From positions 1,004-65,003 of the forward strand of contig JAAZKK010000080.1 in assembly GCA_012799825.1 (NCBI GenBank): DNA of 64,000 nucleotides. Reading direction: 5' to 3'. Below the pieces are notes generated by a model that saw only the letters and a program-made list of their open reading frames with translations, was not told the origin of the DNA and did not search any database. Source of the stretch: Clostridiaceae bacterium (GTDB lineage Bacteria > Bacillota > Clostridia > Saccharofermentanales > DTU023). How positions within the stretch are numbered: position 1 is the stretch's first letter; every line of letters starts with the position of its first letter. Below are positions 9,239-19,800 of this stretch, in pieces. Both the position numbers and the translations under genes were made by a program.

Positions 9239-10192
9239 ATGAATGATTCAGAAAAATGGACCGATGACAAAGAGGAGCTGCTTTCGTTCAGCCTCATGCC
9301 GCTCTCAACAGAGAAAGACGGCGCCGATGAACTTCGCCTCGTTTCGGTGAGGTTACATGGAACAGGGCGGCCTGTGCACGCGCTTTCTGAGGGTATTACG
9401 ATTCTTCGAGGCGATCATCTGATTATTGATACCGGTCAAGGCGAAGAGATTGGCGTGGCGTCCGACTGGTCGAAACGCGTCAAGCGCCAGGATATAGAGG
9501 ATCGAAACTACAGTTGGGTGGTGCGCCTCGCGTCAAATGACGATCTGCGCCATTTCGAAGAGAATAAAGTTCTCGAGAAACGCGCCGAAGCCATTGCGCG
9601 AGAGAAGATTGAGCAGCACGGCCTTGAGATGTCTTTAGTGAGCGTGCAATACGGTTTTGACAACCGTAAAATTACGTTCTTTTTTACGTCGGAAGGACGT
9701 GTCGACTTTCGTGAGTTAGTGCGCGATCTGGCATCTGTATTTCACACGCGCATTGAGCTTCGACAGATCGGAGTGCGCGATGAAACGGCTATGATCGGAG
9801 GCCTTGGCACCTGTGGACGCGAACTTTGCTGCTGCAGTTTTCTTACAGATTTCAAACCGGTTTCTATTCGCATGGCTAAAGATCAGAATCTCGCGATGAA
9901 TCCGGGCAAAATATCCGGTATGTGCGGCAGACTTCTTTGTTGCCTAGCGTACGAACACGATGCGTACCTCGACGCGAAAAAACGTTTGCCGCGCAAAAAC
10001 GCGAACGTCATGACACCTGACGGTTCTGGCGTCGTCAAAGAGGTACATCTTCTTCAGGAAAAATTGACCGTCGCTCTCGATGGTACCGATGATTCAACGG
10101 AGGTCGGCGTGTACGATGCCGGCGACGTTCATGTCGAACAGAAACGCGGAGAATCTGATAAAGGATTTTCGAAAAAAAGGCAATCAAGATAA
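9239..10192 (+). CDS. ricT: PSP1-domain protein RicT/YaaT
   Basis: PSP1 C-terminal domain signature: FFFTSEGRVDFRELVRDLASVFHTRIELRQIGVRDE..GTCGRELCCCSFL. It follows holB in the conserved order. Confidence 0.85.
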   Translation: MNDSEKWTDDKEELLSFSLMPLSTEKDGADELRLVSVRLHGTGRPVHALSEGITILRGDHLIIDTGQGEEIGVASDWSKRVKRQDIEDRNYSWVVRLASNDDLRHFEENKVLEKRAEAIAREKIEQHGLEMSLVSVQYGFDNRKITFFFTSEGRVDFRELVRDLASVFHTRIELRQIGVRDETAMIGGLGTCGRELCCCSFLTDFKPVSIRMAKDQNLAMNPGKISGMCGRLLCCLAYEHDAYLDAKKRLPRKNANVMTPDGSGVVKEVHLLQEKLTVALDGTDDSTEVGVYDAGDVHVEQKRGESDKGFSKKRQSR

Positions 10193-10262
10193 TATTGTGA
10201 TAGTATAAATAATCATAAATAAATGTGCCGACCGATGGCCGGCACATCCATCAACGTTTTGA

Positions 10263-10445
<183 letters not shown>

Positions 10446-10465
10446 AGGAAGTCAGAAAGATTAAC

Positions 10466-10493
10466 GGACGGATCAAGGTTCTTTGATCCGTCC
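10466..10493 (+). terminator. Hairpin downstream of the ferredoxin gene
   Basis: An 11-bp perfect stem, GGACGGATCAA/TTGATCCGTCC, with a 6-nt loop. No clear U-tract follows. Confidence 0.4.
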
Positions 10494-10872
10494 CGCGACA
10501 ATAGACGTCAGCGACTCTGTCTCTAAAGCGGTCAAGAACGTTGCAAAGTGTTATGCATCCGGTGTCGATCGTCGAGAAAACGAACGAACTGAGATTGTGT
10601 TCAACAAAAATGTATGTGGGCAACATGTGTTCGTTTGCATGTAATGTCGCCCTTTTACCCTGATATGGAGTCACATCGCGCGCCAAGGGTGTGTGAGGCG
10701 GCACATCCGTTCCTTACGTGCGGTATTTCGTTTCTAAGATATGGCGGGAAAGACGAAGAAAAGGAATAATCAAAGATGTTTCTTGTGTATTTTCCTGATA
10801 TTTAATAATATTTTAATAAGTGGATTATCCCGCATTTGAAAGCGCGGGAGCCAATACGAAGGAGGAAAGTAA

Positions 10873-11934
10873 ATGAAAAAGTGTTTAGCCGTTTTGTTGG
10901 CAGTACTCTTGGTGTTTGGCGCGGTTGCCATTGCCGGTTGCGCACCCAAGGATCAGCCTGACGCCAGCAAACCCAAAGAAACGAAAGCCGGTGAAGTCGA
11001 TGGAGGCGAGAAGAAAGATCCCTCAAAAATGAAAGTGGTCGCTCTGCTTTCCGGAGTCATCACCGACAACGGTTGGAATCAGATCTGCTACGAATCCGTC
11101 AAGAACCTTGCGGATAAGTACGGCATCGCGGCAGAGTACAACGAGAACATCGCCGTATCTGACATGGCCGAATACATCAGAACTTATGCTGAAGAAAAAT
11201 ACGACATGATTATCGTCCATGGGTCGCAGTTTAAAGCGTCTGCAGAGGAAATGGCGCGCAAGTATCCCGATTCGCATTTCTGCCTGTCATACGGATTCCG
11301 CGTCGATGAGAGCACGGCTGACCAAGTCGAGGATATTCCGAATCTCGCGTATGTCGGCCCCGTCAACATGGGTGTGTTAATCGGCGCGATCATGGGTATT
11401 TTGACCGATAACAATAAAGTTGTCTTCCTTGGCGGCCAGGATATTCCTGCCATCACGGATATTGTTTCCGGAATTAAGGAAGGCGTTAGCCTGACGAACA
11501 AGGATGCCGCCGTCATGACGGACTATTTGGGCACGCTGACCGACGCCGACCTTGCCAAAGAGCGCGCGCTTGCGTTTATCGATGACGGCTATGATGTCAT
11601 TTCCGCGAGTGCGAACACTGCACAACTCGGTTGCCTGCACGCGGCGGAAGAGAGAGGTGTTTATGCGCTCGGATTTAACGGCGATCAGTACGGAGTCGCT
11701 CCGAATGCCGTTGTGCTCTCCGTTATGCGCAACTACCCTGCGATCTACGAAGATGTTTTCTTGTCCATTGCCGAAGGAACTTGGAAGAGCGGCATGGTGG
11801 TATATACGCTCAAAGATAACGGCACGAGTGTATCGGATTGGCACGGCTGGGACAAAAAGCTCCCGAAAGAAAAAGTCGATGCCATCAACGACGTGATCCA
11901 GAAACTTTATAAGGGTGAACTCGGCGATTATTAA
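10873..11934 (+). CDS. BMP-family (PnrA-like) ABC transporter substrate-binding lipoprotein
   Basis: Signal peptide with lipobox (AIAGC). The BMP-family body is followed by two permeases and a double-NBD ATPase. AGGAGG RBS. Confidence 0.9.
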   Translation: MKKCLAVLLAVLLVFGAVAIAGCAPKDQPDASKPKETKAGEVDGGEKKDPSKMKVVALLSGVITDNGWNQICYESVKNLADKYGIAAEYNENIAVSDMAEYIRTYAEEKYDMIIVHGSQFKASAEEMARKYPDSHFCLSYGFRVDESTADQVEDIPNLAYVGPVNMGVLIGAIMGILTDNNKVVFLGGQDIPAITDIVSGIKEGVSLTNKDAAVMTDYLGTLTDADLAKERALAFIDDGYDVISASANTAQLGCLHAAEERGVYALGFNGDQYGVAPNAVVLSVMRNYPAIYEDVFLSIAEGTWKSGMVVYTLKDNGTSVSDWHGWDKKLPKEKVDAINDVIQKLYKGELGDY

Positions 11935-12158
11935 TATCGCTCTCACGGTCGGGGCGGAGAGCTGCCGCCTGTCGCCCCGGCCTTTATGGCATACGTCATG
12001 GAGCCGTAAAATAACGCCGTTTAGCGTGATCGGTTTCTCAACTTTTGTCCTTGAACGCGGCAGATGAATGCACGAACTCCGCCGAATCCGCAACCGCGAA
12101 AAGCGGAGTTTTTTACAAAGTACGCAACATAGAAACTGTAAAAAATGGGGATGTTCAA

Positions 12159-13256
12159 GTGAAAGCATTATTCACAACTAAAATGAAGACACAGGGAAAA
12201 GCAGGCGCGAAGCAGGTCCTCGTTTCGTTCGGCGCGACGGTGTTCGCTCTGGCGCTGGGCATGCTTCTTATTTATGCGATCGGCTTTGACCCTTTTTCGG
12301 CCGTTGTCGCGATGGTCGACGGCGCCTTCGGAAGCAAGAATGCCTTTGGTGAAACGCTGGTGAAGATGACTCCCTTAATCTTTACCGGGATGAGTTACGC
12401 GCTCGCGAGCCGATGCGGACTGACGAACCTCGGTATGGAAGGGCAACTCTACATGGGCGCGCTTGCCGGAACGGCGACAGGAGTTTATGTTTCGGGACTT
12501 CCCGCCGCGCTGCATCTTCCGCTGACCATTCTGGCCGGCTTTCTGGGCGGCGCACTTTGGGGGTTGATCGCCGGCGCGCTTAAGGTGCGGTTCGGGGCAA
12601 GCGAGATCATCACGACCGTCATGTTGAACACGATCGCTATCAGCTTCATCGACTACATGGTTAACGGCCCGATGATTGAGCCGCCCGGCATCAATTGTCA
12701 GACGCAGCCGGTACAGAGTACTGCGCAGCTGCCTAATCTCATTTCAGGCACGAGGGCACATTGGGGCTTTGTCATTGCTATCGTCTTTGTAGTGCTTTTC
12801 TGGCTATTCCTTTGGCGAAGCAAACGCGGTTATGAAGTGCGCGTTGCCGGACTGAATCTGTCCGCGGCGCGGTATTCAGGAATACACACAGATAAAAATA
12901 TCCTGCTTGTCATGTTTCTCGCGGGCGGTCTTGCCGGTCTTGCCGGATGTAATGAGATTTTAGGCATTCAGATCCGCATGATTCCTGAAATTTCGCCGGG
13001 TTACGGGTTTGACGGTATTGCGGTGTCTTTGATCGGCAACAACACACCGTTCGGTATTGTGATCGGCGCGTTGCTTTTCGGCGCATTTCGCGCAGGGGGC
13101 AATCGAATGCAGATCAGAGCCAAAGTGCCGAATGCCATCGTCTCGGTTGTACAAGCGCTCGTTATTTTTGCCGTAGTCGCCAGCCAGATGTTGCTCGACA
13201 AGTGGAATGAACATCAGATGAAAAAGATGAATCGTCAGGAAAGTGAGGTGGCGTAG
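12159..13256 (+). CDS. ABC transporter permease (nucleoside/simple-sugar type)
   Basis: A polytopic membrane protein of the BMP-associated permease family. GTG 12159 has a GGGGA RBS. The track's 12045 start adds an implausible soluble leader. Confidence 0.85.
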   Translation: MKALFTTKMKTQGKAGAKQVLVSFGATVFALALGMLLIYAIGFDPFSAVVAMVDGAFGSKNAFGETLVKMTPLIFTGMSYALASRCGLTNLGMEGQLYMGALAGTATGVYVSGLPAALHLPLTILAGFLGGALWGLIAGALKVRFGASEIITTVMLNTIAISFIDYMVNGPMIEPPGINCQTQPVQSTAQLPNLISGTRAHWGFVIAIVFVVLFWLFLWRSKRGYEVRVAGLNLSAARYSGIHTDKNILLVMFLAGGLAGLAGCNEILGIQIRMIPEISPGYGFDGIAVSLIGNNTPFGIVIGALLFGAFRAGGNRMQIRAKVPNAIVSVVQALVIFAVVASQMLLDKWNEHQMKKMNRQESEVA

Positions 13257-13257
13257 T

Positions 13258-14184
13258 ATGGACTTACTTCAAACCATCGGCGGCTATCTGTTTACGGACA
13301 TTCGTATGGCAGCTCCCGTCCTTTTGGCAGGGCTTGGCCTCTTGCTCATGAACTGGAGCGGCCTTTTGAATATCGGCGCTGAGGGCACGATGTTAATAGC
13401 CGCATTAGCCGCGGTTGCCGGATCCCACTATTTTGGAAGTGTTTGGATGGGGCTTTTGCTGGCCATGCTGGCAGGAGCTGTGTTCGGTCTGCTTTTTGCC
13501 GTGCTTACAGTGACGCTTCGCGCCAATCAGACGGTTGTCGGTGCCGCTATCAACATTCTCGGACTGAGCCTTTCGACCACTCTGAATCGCGTTCTCTTTG
13601 GGGTTGAGACGACTGTCACCAAAGTCGATTCTTTTAAGGTATTGGAAATTCCTCTCTTGTCGAAAATACCTGTCATCGGGCAAGCGTTTTTTGCCCAGAT
13701 GCCTATTGTCTACATCGCCTTCCTGCTCGTTCCCGTGATGCATTACTTTCTTTTCAAGACGAAACCGGGTCTTAATCTTCGATCGGTGGGAGAGAATCCG
13801 CGAGTGGCGGACACGCTCGGCATCAATGTATATCGTACGCAGTATTTGGCGACGATCATCGGCAGTATGATCATCGCTGCAGGCGGCGCTTTTCTATCGA
13901 CCGGACTGCTGAATTTCTTCACAGAAGATATGGTTGCCGGACGCGGCTACATAGCGTTGGCTGCCGTCATCTTCGGCAAATATAAACCTGCCGGCATCAT
14001 GATCGCCGCGATGATCTTTATGGCGGGCAACGTGGTCAGCAACGTGCTGCAAGTGGCCGGTGTTGGCATTCCGTATACGTTCTTGACGATGATTCCTTAT
14101 ATTCTGACGATCGTTGCGTTGACCATTTTCGCAAGCCGTGCTGTGGCACCCGCCTCACTCGGCAAACCGTACAAACGCGGCTAA
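13258..14184 (+). CDS. ABC transporter permease (second subunit)
   Basis: A polytopic membrane protein. ATG 13258 follows the GAGGTGG RBS. Confidence 0.85.
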   Translation: MDLLQTIGGYLFTDIRMAAPVLLAGLGLLLMNWSGLLNIGAEGTMLIAALAAVAGSHYFGSVWMGLLLAMLAGAVFGLLFAVLTVTLRANQTVVGAAINILGLSLSTTLNRVLFGVETTVTKVDSFKVLEIPLLSKIPVIGQAFFAQMPIVYIAFLLVPVMHYFLFKTKPGLNLRSVGENPRVADTLGINVYRTQYLATIIGSMIIAAGGAFLSTGLLNFFTEDMVAGRGYIALAAVIFGKYKPAGIMIAAMIFMAGNVVSNVLQVAGVGIPYTFLTMIPYILTIVALTIFASRAVAPASLGKPYKRG

Positions 14185-14194
14185 GGAGCAAATC

Positions 14195-15763
14195 ATGGGT
14201 GTCATTCTTGAAATGGAAAATATCTGCAAGCAGTTTCCCGGCGTGTTGGCCAATGATTGTATCTGCTTTTCAGTGAATGAGGGTGAAGTGCACGCGCTTT
14301 TAGGTGAAAATGGCGCGGGCAAGAGCACGTTGATGAACATTCTGTGCGGTCTTTATAAGCCGACGTCCGGAGAAATCCGGCTAGAGGGCGAGACGGTCCG
14401 GTTCAATTCCGCTCGTGACGCGATGGAGCGCGGCATCGGCATGGTGCACCAACATTTCATGCTGATTCCGACAATGACGGTGACCGAGAACTGCCTGATC
14501 GGCGACAAGGAGGGAAGCTCAGTCAAACTCGATCGCAAAGAAGCCGGAAGGCGGTTGAGAGAGCTCGCCGAGCGCTACGGAATGGAGATTGATCCTGATG
14601 CTGTCGTCGGCACACTTTCCGTCGGCGAGATGCAGCGCGTAGAAATTGTTAAAGCACTGTTTCGCGGCGCGAAAATTCTGATTCTCGATGAGCCGACCGC
14701 AGTGCTGACACCGCAGGAGGCGCGCGCTCTCTTTAAGATGATTCGCGCGCTGACGGATCATCAATTCACGGTCATTTTTATCAGTCACAAATTAGATGAA
14801 GTTAAGGAGATTTCGGATCGTGTCACTGTACTTCGTCAAGGTACGGTTGTAGGTACTCACGATATCGATGACTGCTCGATCGAAGATCTGGCGCGTCTGA
14901 TGGTCGGACGCGACATCTATTTCGATGCTGTCACGCGCCAACAGCCGATAGGCGATACGCTGCTTGATGTCAATAACCTGTCCCTGCATCGCGAAAAGTC
15001 GAATGATGGCAAGTTATTAGACGATCTTACTTTTGAGGTGCACGAGGGGGAGATCCTCGGGATTGCAGGTGTCGACGGCAACGGGCAGGCTGAACTTGTC
15101 GAATGCTTGACAGGTATTCGGAAAGCGTCGAGCGGCGAGGCTCTATACAGGGGAAAAAATCTGCTTGATCTTTCGACGCGCGAGATCATGTCCCATGACG
15201 TCTCGCACATTCCGCAAGATCGACAAAAAACAGGCCTTGTCATGCCCATGACGCTTGTCGAGAATTTCGCGCTGCAAGACTATTACAAGAAAAGCTTCGG
15301 CAAAAGCGTTTTTCTTGACTGGTCGGGGGTCGAAGAACGCAGCACGAAGCTGATCCAGGACTTTTCCATTAAAACGCCGAGTCCCTATGAGTTGGCGCAG
15401 AACCTTTCCGGCGGCAATCAGCAGAAAGTCGTGGTGGCGCGTGAAATCAGCCGTCAGCCCCAATTGCTGATCGCTATGCACCCGACGCGCGGTCTTGACG
15501 TCGGCGCGGTGGAATACATTCACAACCAACTGATCGATCAGCGCGACAAGGGTGTCGGCGTTGTTCTTGTCTCGACTGAGATGGAAGAAATCATGCGCCT
15601 TAGCGACCGCATCATCGTCCTCTATGAAGGACGCGCCATGGGGTGCGTCCGGCCGTCTGAAACGACCGTCGAGGAGATGGGTCTCATGATGGGCGGCCGT
15701 ACTTTGGACGATATCCGCAAAGGGCGCGTTAACGGCACGCCCGCCGAAGAAAAGATGATGTGA
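14195..15763 (+). CDS. ABC transporter ATP-binding protein with two fused NBDs
   Basis: NBD1 has GENGAGKST, LSVGEMQRV and ILILDEP. NBD2 has LSGGNQQKV. ATG 14195 follows an AAGGAG RBS. Confidence 0.9.
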   Translation: MGVILEMENICKQFPGVLANDCICFSVNEGEVHALLGENGAGKSTLMNILCGLYKPTSGEIRLEGETVRFNSARDAMERGIGMVHQHFMLIPTMTVTENCLIGDKEGSSVKLDRKEAGRRLRELAERYGMEIDPDAVVGTLSVGEMQRVEIVKALFRGAKILILDEPTAVLTPQEARALFKMIRALTDHQFTVIFISHKLDEVKEISDRVTVLRQGTVVGTHDIDDCSIEDLARLMVGRDIYFDAVTRQQPIGDTLLDVNNLSLHREKSNDGKLLDDLTFEVHEGEILGIAGVDGNGQAELVECLTGIRKASSGEALYRGKNLLDLSTREIMSHDVSHIPQDRQKTGLVMPMTLVENFALQDYYKKSFGKSVFLDWSGVEERSTKLIQDFSIKTPSPYELAQNLSGGNQQKVVVAREISRQPQLLIAMHPTRGLDVGAVEYIHNQLIDQRDKGVGVVLVSTEMEEIMRLSDRIIVLYEGRAMGCVRPSETTVEEMGLMMGGRTLDDIRKGRVNGTPAEEKMM

Positions 15764-15767
15764 TCCG

Positions 15768-16658
15768 ATGGTGGATGAATTTATTGACATAGAAGAGCTT
15801 GCTGTTCGGGACGGAACGTTGTATCTTGTGGCGACGCCGCTTGGCAATCGAGAGGATTTGAGTCTCCGTGCGAAGGCAACGCTCGAAGGCGTCGACTACA
15901 TCGCCGCCGAAGATACGCGCCGCGCTGCGCGTTTGATGTCGTCCCTTGGAATTGGGAACAGGATCATCAGCTACTACGAGCATAACAAGCACATACGTCA
16001 TGCCCAATTGTTGGAGGATCTTAGGCAAGGCAAGTCGATCGCGTTGATTTCAGACGCGGGGATGCCCTGTATCTCGGATCCGGGTGAAGCCTTGGTCAGG
16101 CTTGCTGTAGAGCAGGGGATTCCGGTTTCCGTCATTCCGGGGCCTTCCGCACTTCTTTCTGCCATTGCCGCCTCGGGTTTAGATACGACGCGCTTTGTCT
16201 TTGAAGGTTTTATTCCTATCAAGGGAAAGGCGCGTCGAGAATATCTTTCTGATATTGCAAAGGAAGCACGCACCATCGTCTTCTATGAAGCGCCGCATCG
16301 GATTCGCAAGACGCTTTCCGATTTAGAGGCGAACGATCTTGCGTTGCGTCGCGTCGTCGTGGCACGTGAATTGACAAAAAAATACGAGGAATTCCTGTAT
16401 TTTACGATCAAGGAGGCCGTTGCCTACTACGAGAACACGACGCCAAAAGGCGAGTTTACGCTTGTCTTAGAAGGTCGTTCTGAATTCTTGCGCAGAACCG
16501 GTGCGCCACATGATGACATAGACGACGCTGACTTGGAAAAGCGTCTTCGCGATTGTCTAGCCGAAGGACTTTCCGTGAAAGATGCGACGGACGCCGTCTC
16601 AGAAGCGACTGGTGTTGCGCGAAACAGACTGTATGACTTGGCGCTCAAGGTGATGTGA
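15768..16658 (+). CDS. rsmI: 16S rRNA (cytidine1402-2'-O)-methyltransferase
   Basis: LYLVATPLGNREDLSLRA..IAAEDTR..ISDAGMPCISDPG is the RsmI signature. Confidence 0.9.
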   Translation: MVDEFIDIEELAVRDGTLYLVATPLGNREDLSLRAKATLEGVDYIAAEDTRRAARLMSSLGIGNRIISYYEHNKHIRHAQLLEDLRQGKSIALISDAGMPCISDPGEALVRLAVEQGIPVSVIPGPSALLSAIAASGLDTTRFVFEGFIPIKGKARREYLSDIAKEARTIVFYEAPHRIRKTLSDLEANDLALRRVVVARELTKKYEEFLYFTIKEAVAYYENTTPKGEFTLVLEGRSEFLRRTGAPHDDIDDADLEKRLRDCLAEGLSVKDATDAVSEATGVARNRLYDLALKVM

Positions 16659-16690
16659 TACCGGTTTCATCTTTTCTGAGATTATGAGAA

Positions 16691-16848
16691 GATAGGAAGC
16701 GTAGTGATACTTTTGAGACGCCTTCTTTCAAAAAGCGTTTTCACGCCACGACACGTCGGTTGTTTTAAAAGAGAGTAACGCAAGTGATTTTGAGACGCCA
16801 TCTTGCGAAAACATTTTCGCGATACGATATGTCGGTTTTTTTGGCAAG
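16691..16848. repeat. Tandem duplication (2 x ~80 bp) in the rsmI-metG spacer
   Basis: Copy 1 is at 16691-16766 and copy 2 at 16771-16848. Both read ga.ag.aa.c..agtgat..ttttgagacgcc.tctt.c.aaaa...ttttc.c...cga.a.gtcggtt.tttt. Confidence 0.6.
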
Positions 16849-16960
16849 AGCGTCGATGGAAGACGATGACAAGTGACAAAGCATGAATAGCAGAGTACAA
16901 CGGTGCCCGGTAACGGATACGGGTTCGCTGTTAGTTTATATATGAGGAGTGGAGAATTAC

Positions 16961-18529
16961 ATGACAAGAGAAACGTTTTACATCACAACCCCGATTTATT
17001 ATCCGAGCGGCCAGTTGCATATCGGAAACTCGTACACAACGGTTGCGGCAGATGCCGCGGCGCGCTACCACCGCTTGCGGGGCAAAGATGTTTTTTTTCT
17101 GACGGGGATGGATGAACACGGACAAAAAATCCAGCAGACAGCAGAATCTGAAGGCATGACGCCACAGGCGTACGTTGATAAGATGGCAGTCGGCGTGAAG
17201 GCTTTGTGGAAAATTCTCGATATCTCATATGATGGTTTTATTCGCACGACGGACGCCCATCACGTAGCATCCGTACAGGCGATCGTGCAGAAACTTTATG
17301 ATCAGGGCGATATATACAAAGGAGTTTACGAAGGTCTCTACTGCACGCCGTGCGAATCTTTCTGGACGCCGGCACAGGCGCCGGATCATCTGTGCCCGGA
17401 CTGTGGGCGCGATCTTCACAAGACAGATGAAGATTGTTATTTTTTCCGTCTGTCGCACTACCAGAAGCCGTTGGAAGAACTCTTCAGCAGCGGCACATTT
17501 GTTCTTCCTTCATCCAGCGCCAATGAAATGATCCGAAATTTTCTTGAACCGGGACTTGATGATTTGGCTATCACGCGTACGGCATTTGATTGGGGCATTC
17601 CTGCACCGTTTGATCCCGGGCACGTTGTGTATGTTTGGGTTGACGCGCTCTGCAATTACATCACAGCGCTGGGTTATCCTGATGATCCGGATCTGTTCAA
17701 CCGTTACTGGCCGGCCGATGTCCATCTTGTCGGCAAGGACATCATCCGCTTTCACTCGCTGATCTGGCCGGCGCTCTTGATGGCTCTTGGCGTTCATGTC
17801 CCGAAACGTATTTTCTCCCACGGCTGGTTACTCTTCGGCGGCGGCAAAATGTCAAAATCAAAAGGCAATGTTGTTGATCCGATCGTATTGGCGGATCGTT
17901 ACGGCGTCGATGCCATCCGCTATTTTTTGCTGCGCGAAGTACCCTTCGGTTCAGACGGAAATTTTTCTAATCAAGCGCTGATCGAACGTATCAACAGCGA
18001 TCTTGCAAATGACCTCGGTAATCTTGTAAGCCGGACGGCCGCCATGATCGTCAAGACATTCCCGAACGGTATCCCCGACGAGCGTCTCGAAGAGAAGATC
18101 GACGTTGAGTTAGACGATCTTGCCGACAAAACCCTGACGTCCGTTGAGTCACACCTCGAAAAGCTGGAGTTCAGCCTTGCGTTGGAAGCGATCTGGGCCT
18201 TGATCGGTCAGTGCAATAAGTACATTGATCTAACAACGCCATGGATCCTTGCAAGAGATGAGACCGATCATCCTCGACTTGCTGCCGTCCTCTATACACT
18301 TTCTGACAACTTGAGGCGGATCGCCGTGATGATATCACCGTTTATGACGCGCACGTCTGCTCTCATCCGCGATCGGCTCGGCATTCCCGAGACAGATGAT
18401 GTGACATGGGAGTCTGCTGCCAAACGCGATCTTTACGTCGCAAATCCGAACGTCTACAAAGGCGGCGCCATTTTTCCGCGCATTGATATGGAAAAAGAAT
18501 TGGAAGCATTGGAAGAGTACACGCCTTAG
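16961..18529 (+). CDS. metG: Methionine--tRNA ligase (short form, no C-terminal tRNA-binding domain)
   Basis: Contains HIGN, the zinc knuckle CTPCE..CPDCG and KMSKS. ATG 16961 follows a GAGGAGTGGAG RBS. Confidence 0.95.
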   Translation: MTRETFYITTPIYYPSGQLHIGNSYTTVAADAAARYHRLRGKDVFFLTGMDEHGQKIQQTAESEGMTPQAYVDKMAVGVKALWKILDISYDGFIRTTDAHHVASVQAIVQKLYDQGDIYKGVYEGLYCTPCESFWTPAQAPDHLCPDCGRDLHKTDEDCYFFRLSHYQKPLEELFSSGTFVLPSSSANEMIRNFLEPGLDDLAITRTAFDWGIPAPFDPGHVVYVWVDALCNYITALGYPDDPDLFNRYWPADVHLVGKDIIRFHSLIWPALLMALGVHVPKRIFSHGWLLFGGGKMSKSKGNVVDPIVLADRYGVDAIRYFLLREVPFGSDGNFSNQALIERINSDLANDLGNLVSRTAAMIVKTFPNGIPDERLEEKIDVELDDLADKTLTSVESHLEKLEFSLALEAIWALIGQCNKYIDLTTPWILARDETDHPRLAAVLYTLSDNLRRIAVMISPFMTRTSALIRDRLGIPETDDVTWESAAKRDLYVANPNVYKGGAIFPRIDMEKELEALEEYTP

Positions 18530-18772
18530 TCTTTCACGGAATCGACGAGCGATGCTTTTCTGAAAAGATGGTGATCGAAAGTCTTCTAAAAATCGCATGT
18601 GTGCGGTAATAGCATGTTTTTAAATGCGGTTGGCTGCTGCCGGTCATCATTGCCGAAATCTAAGGATCGAATGCGCGCGGTGACTGCAATCAGCATGTTT
18701 TGTCAACATGATAAGCCGCCTTGCTGTTCATCATGACAGAGTGCGTCTGCTTTTAGGTCGAAGGTATGTAAA

Positions 18773-19597
18773 ATGAAGTGGTTTGATTCTCATGCGCATC
18801 TTCAAGACGGGGTGTTTGACGACGATCGTACGGCGGTTCTTCAGCGCGCCCGAGAAGCCGGTGTAACGCGTATACTTCTCCCGGCATCCGATTTGGAAGA
18901 CGCGCGCAAAGCATGTGAACTCGCTGTCGATGAACCGATGTTTTATGTGGCGATCGGTGTGCATCCTCATGAAGCCGTCTCCTGGACACAGGAAACGGGA
19001 AGACAGCTTCGCGACCTCCTAAAGGACACTAATCGGCGCGCAATAGAGAACGGGCGCGATGCGCCGGTCGTGGCAATCGGTGAAATAGGGCTCGATTTTC
19101 ACTACGATTTCTCACCGCACGATATACAGCATCAGGTTCTTAAAACGCAACTCCGACTGGCACGTGAACTTGATCTTCCGGTCATCATTCATCTTCGAGA
19201 CGCGACGGAAGATATGATCGATGTGTTGACACGTGCGCACACCGCAGGACTTTTTTCCGATGACCATCCTGCAGGAGTATTACATTGCTATTCGGAATCA
19301 AAAGACAAATTAAAGATTTTTCTCGATATGGGATTTATGATCGGATTTGACGGTCCCATCACATATAACAATGCCAAGAAGGCGCGCGAAGCTATCGCAG
19401 CAGTTCCGGATGATCGTCTCGTCCTCGAAACGGACGCGCCATGGCTCTCTCCCCGTCAAAAGCGTGGCCGCCGAAACGAGTCGTCCTATCTTCCATGGAT
19501 CGGTGAAGAAGCTGCCGAGCTCCGTGGCGTGTCTACGGGAACCCTCGCATCACAGACTTTCAACAACGCAAATCGCCTTTTTCGTTTATTCTGCTGA
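18773..19597 (+). CDS. tatD: TatD-family metal-dependent hydrolase (YabD-like)
   Basis: Contains FDSHAHL, IGEIGLDFHY and LETDAP. It follows metG, as in B. subtilis metS-yabD. Confidence 0.9.
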   Translation: MKWFDSHAHLQDGVFDDDRTAVLQRAREAGVTRILLPASDLEDARKACELAVDEPMFYVAIGVHPHEAVSWTQETGRQLRDLLKDTNRRAIENGRDAPVVAIGEIGLDFHYDFSPHDIQHQVLKTQLRLARELDLPVIIHLRDATEDMIDVLTRAHTAGLFSDDHPAGVLHCYSESKDKLKIFLDMGFMIGFDGPITYNNAKKAREAIAAVPDDRLVLETDAPWLSPRQKRGRRNESSYLPWIGEEAAELRGVSTGTLASQTFNNANRLFRLFC

Positions 19598-19800
19598 TGA
19601 TGTGTCGTTGTGATACAAGTCAATCTGACATCGATATCGCTGAAGAACATTCGTTTTCTACAAAGGCGAAATCTAACCATCCTGTCAAGTCGACAACGGT
19701 TCGATCATTTCTTGATTAACATCACATAATTTCATCAGAACGTCATGACAACGTGATCATTTTGGTTGTACTACGTGTTGAATGGTTACAAACCTGCTCT

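Noticed and set aside
10500-10872. Purine or other riboswitch upstream of the BMP nucleoside-type transporter
   Set aside because: I looked for guanine/adenine riboswitch cores (UAUAAU..AUAUGG..GUUUCUACC..CCGUAAAU). Only scattered, wrongly ordered fragments (gtttcta, atatggc) are present.
12045-12158. Upstream extension of the first BMP-system permease (track start 12045)
   Set aside because: The extension encodes a hydrophilic, non-conserved-looking leader with no RBS. GTG 12159 has an RBS and starts just before the first TM segment.
11377-12168. 263-aa minus-strand ORF across the BMP lipoprotein gene
   Set aside because: It is antisense to a confidently identified lipoprotein gene, has no RBS and an Arg-rich nonsense-like translation. 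The same reasoning applies to 15143-15847 (antisense to the ABC ATPase) and 47025-47666 (antisense to yebC).
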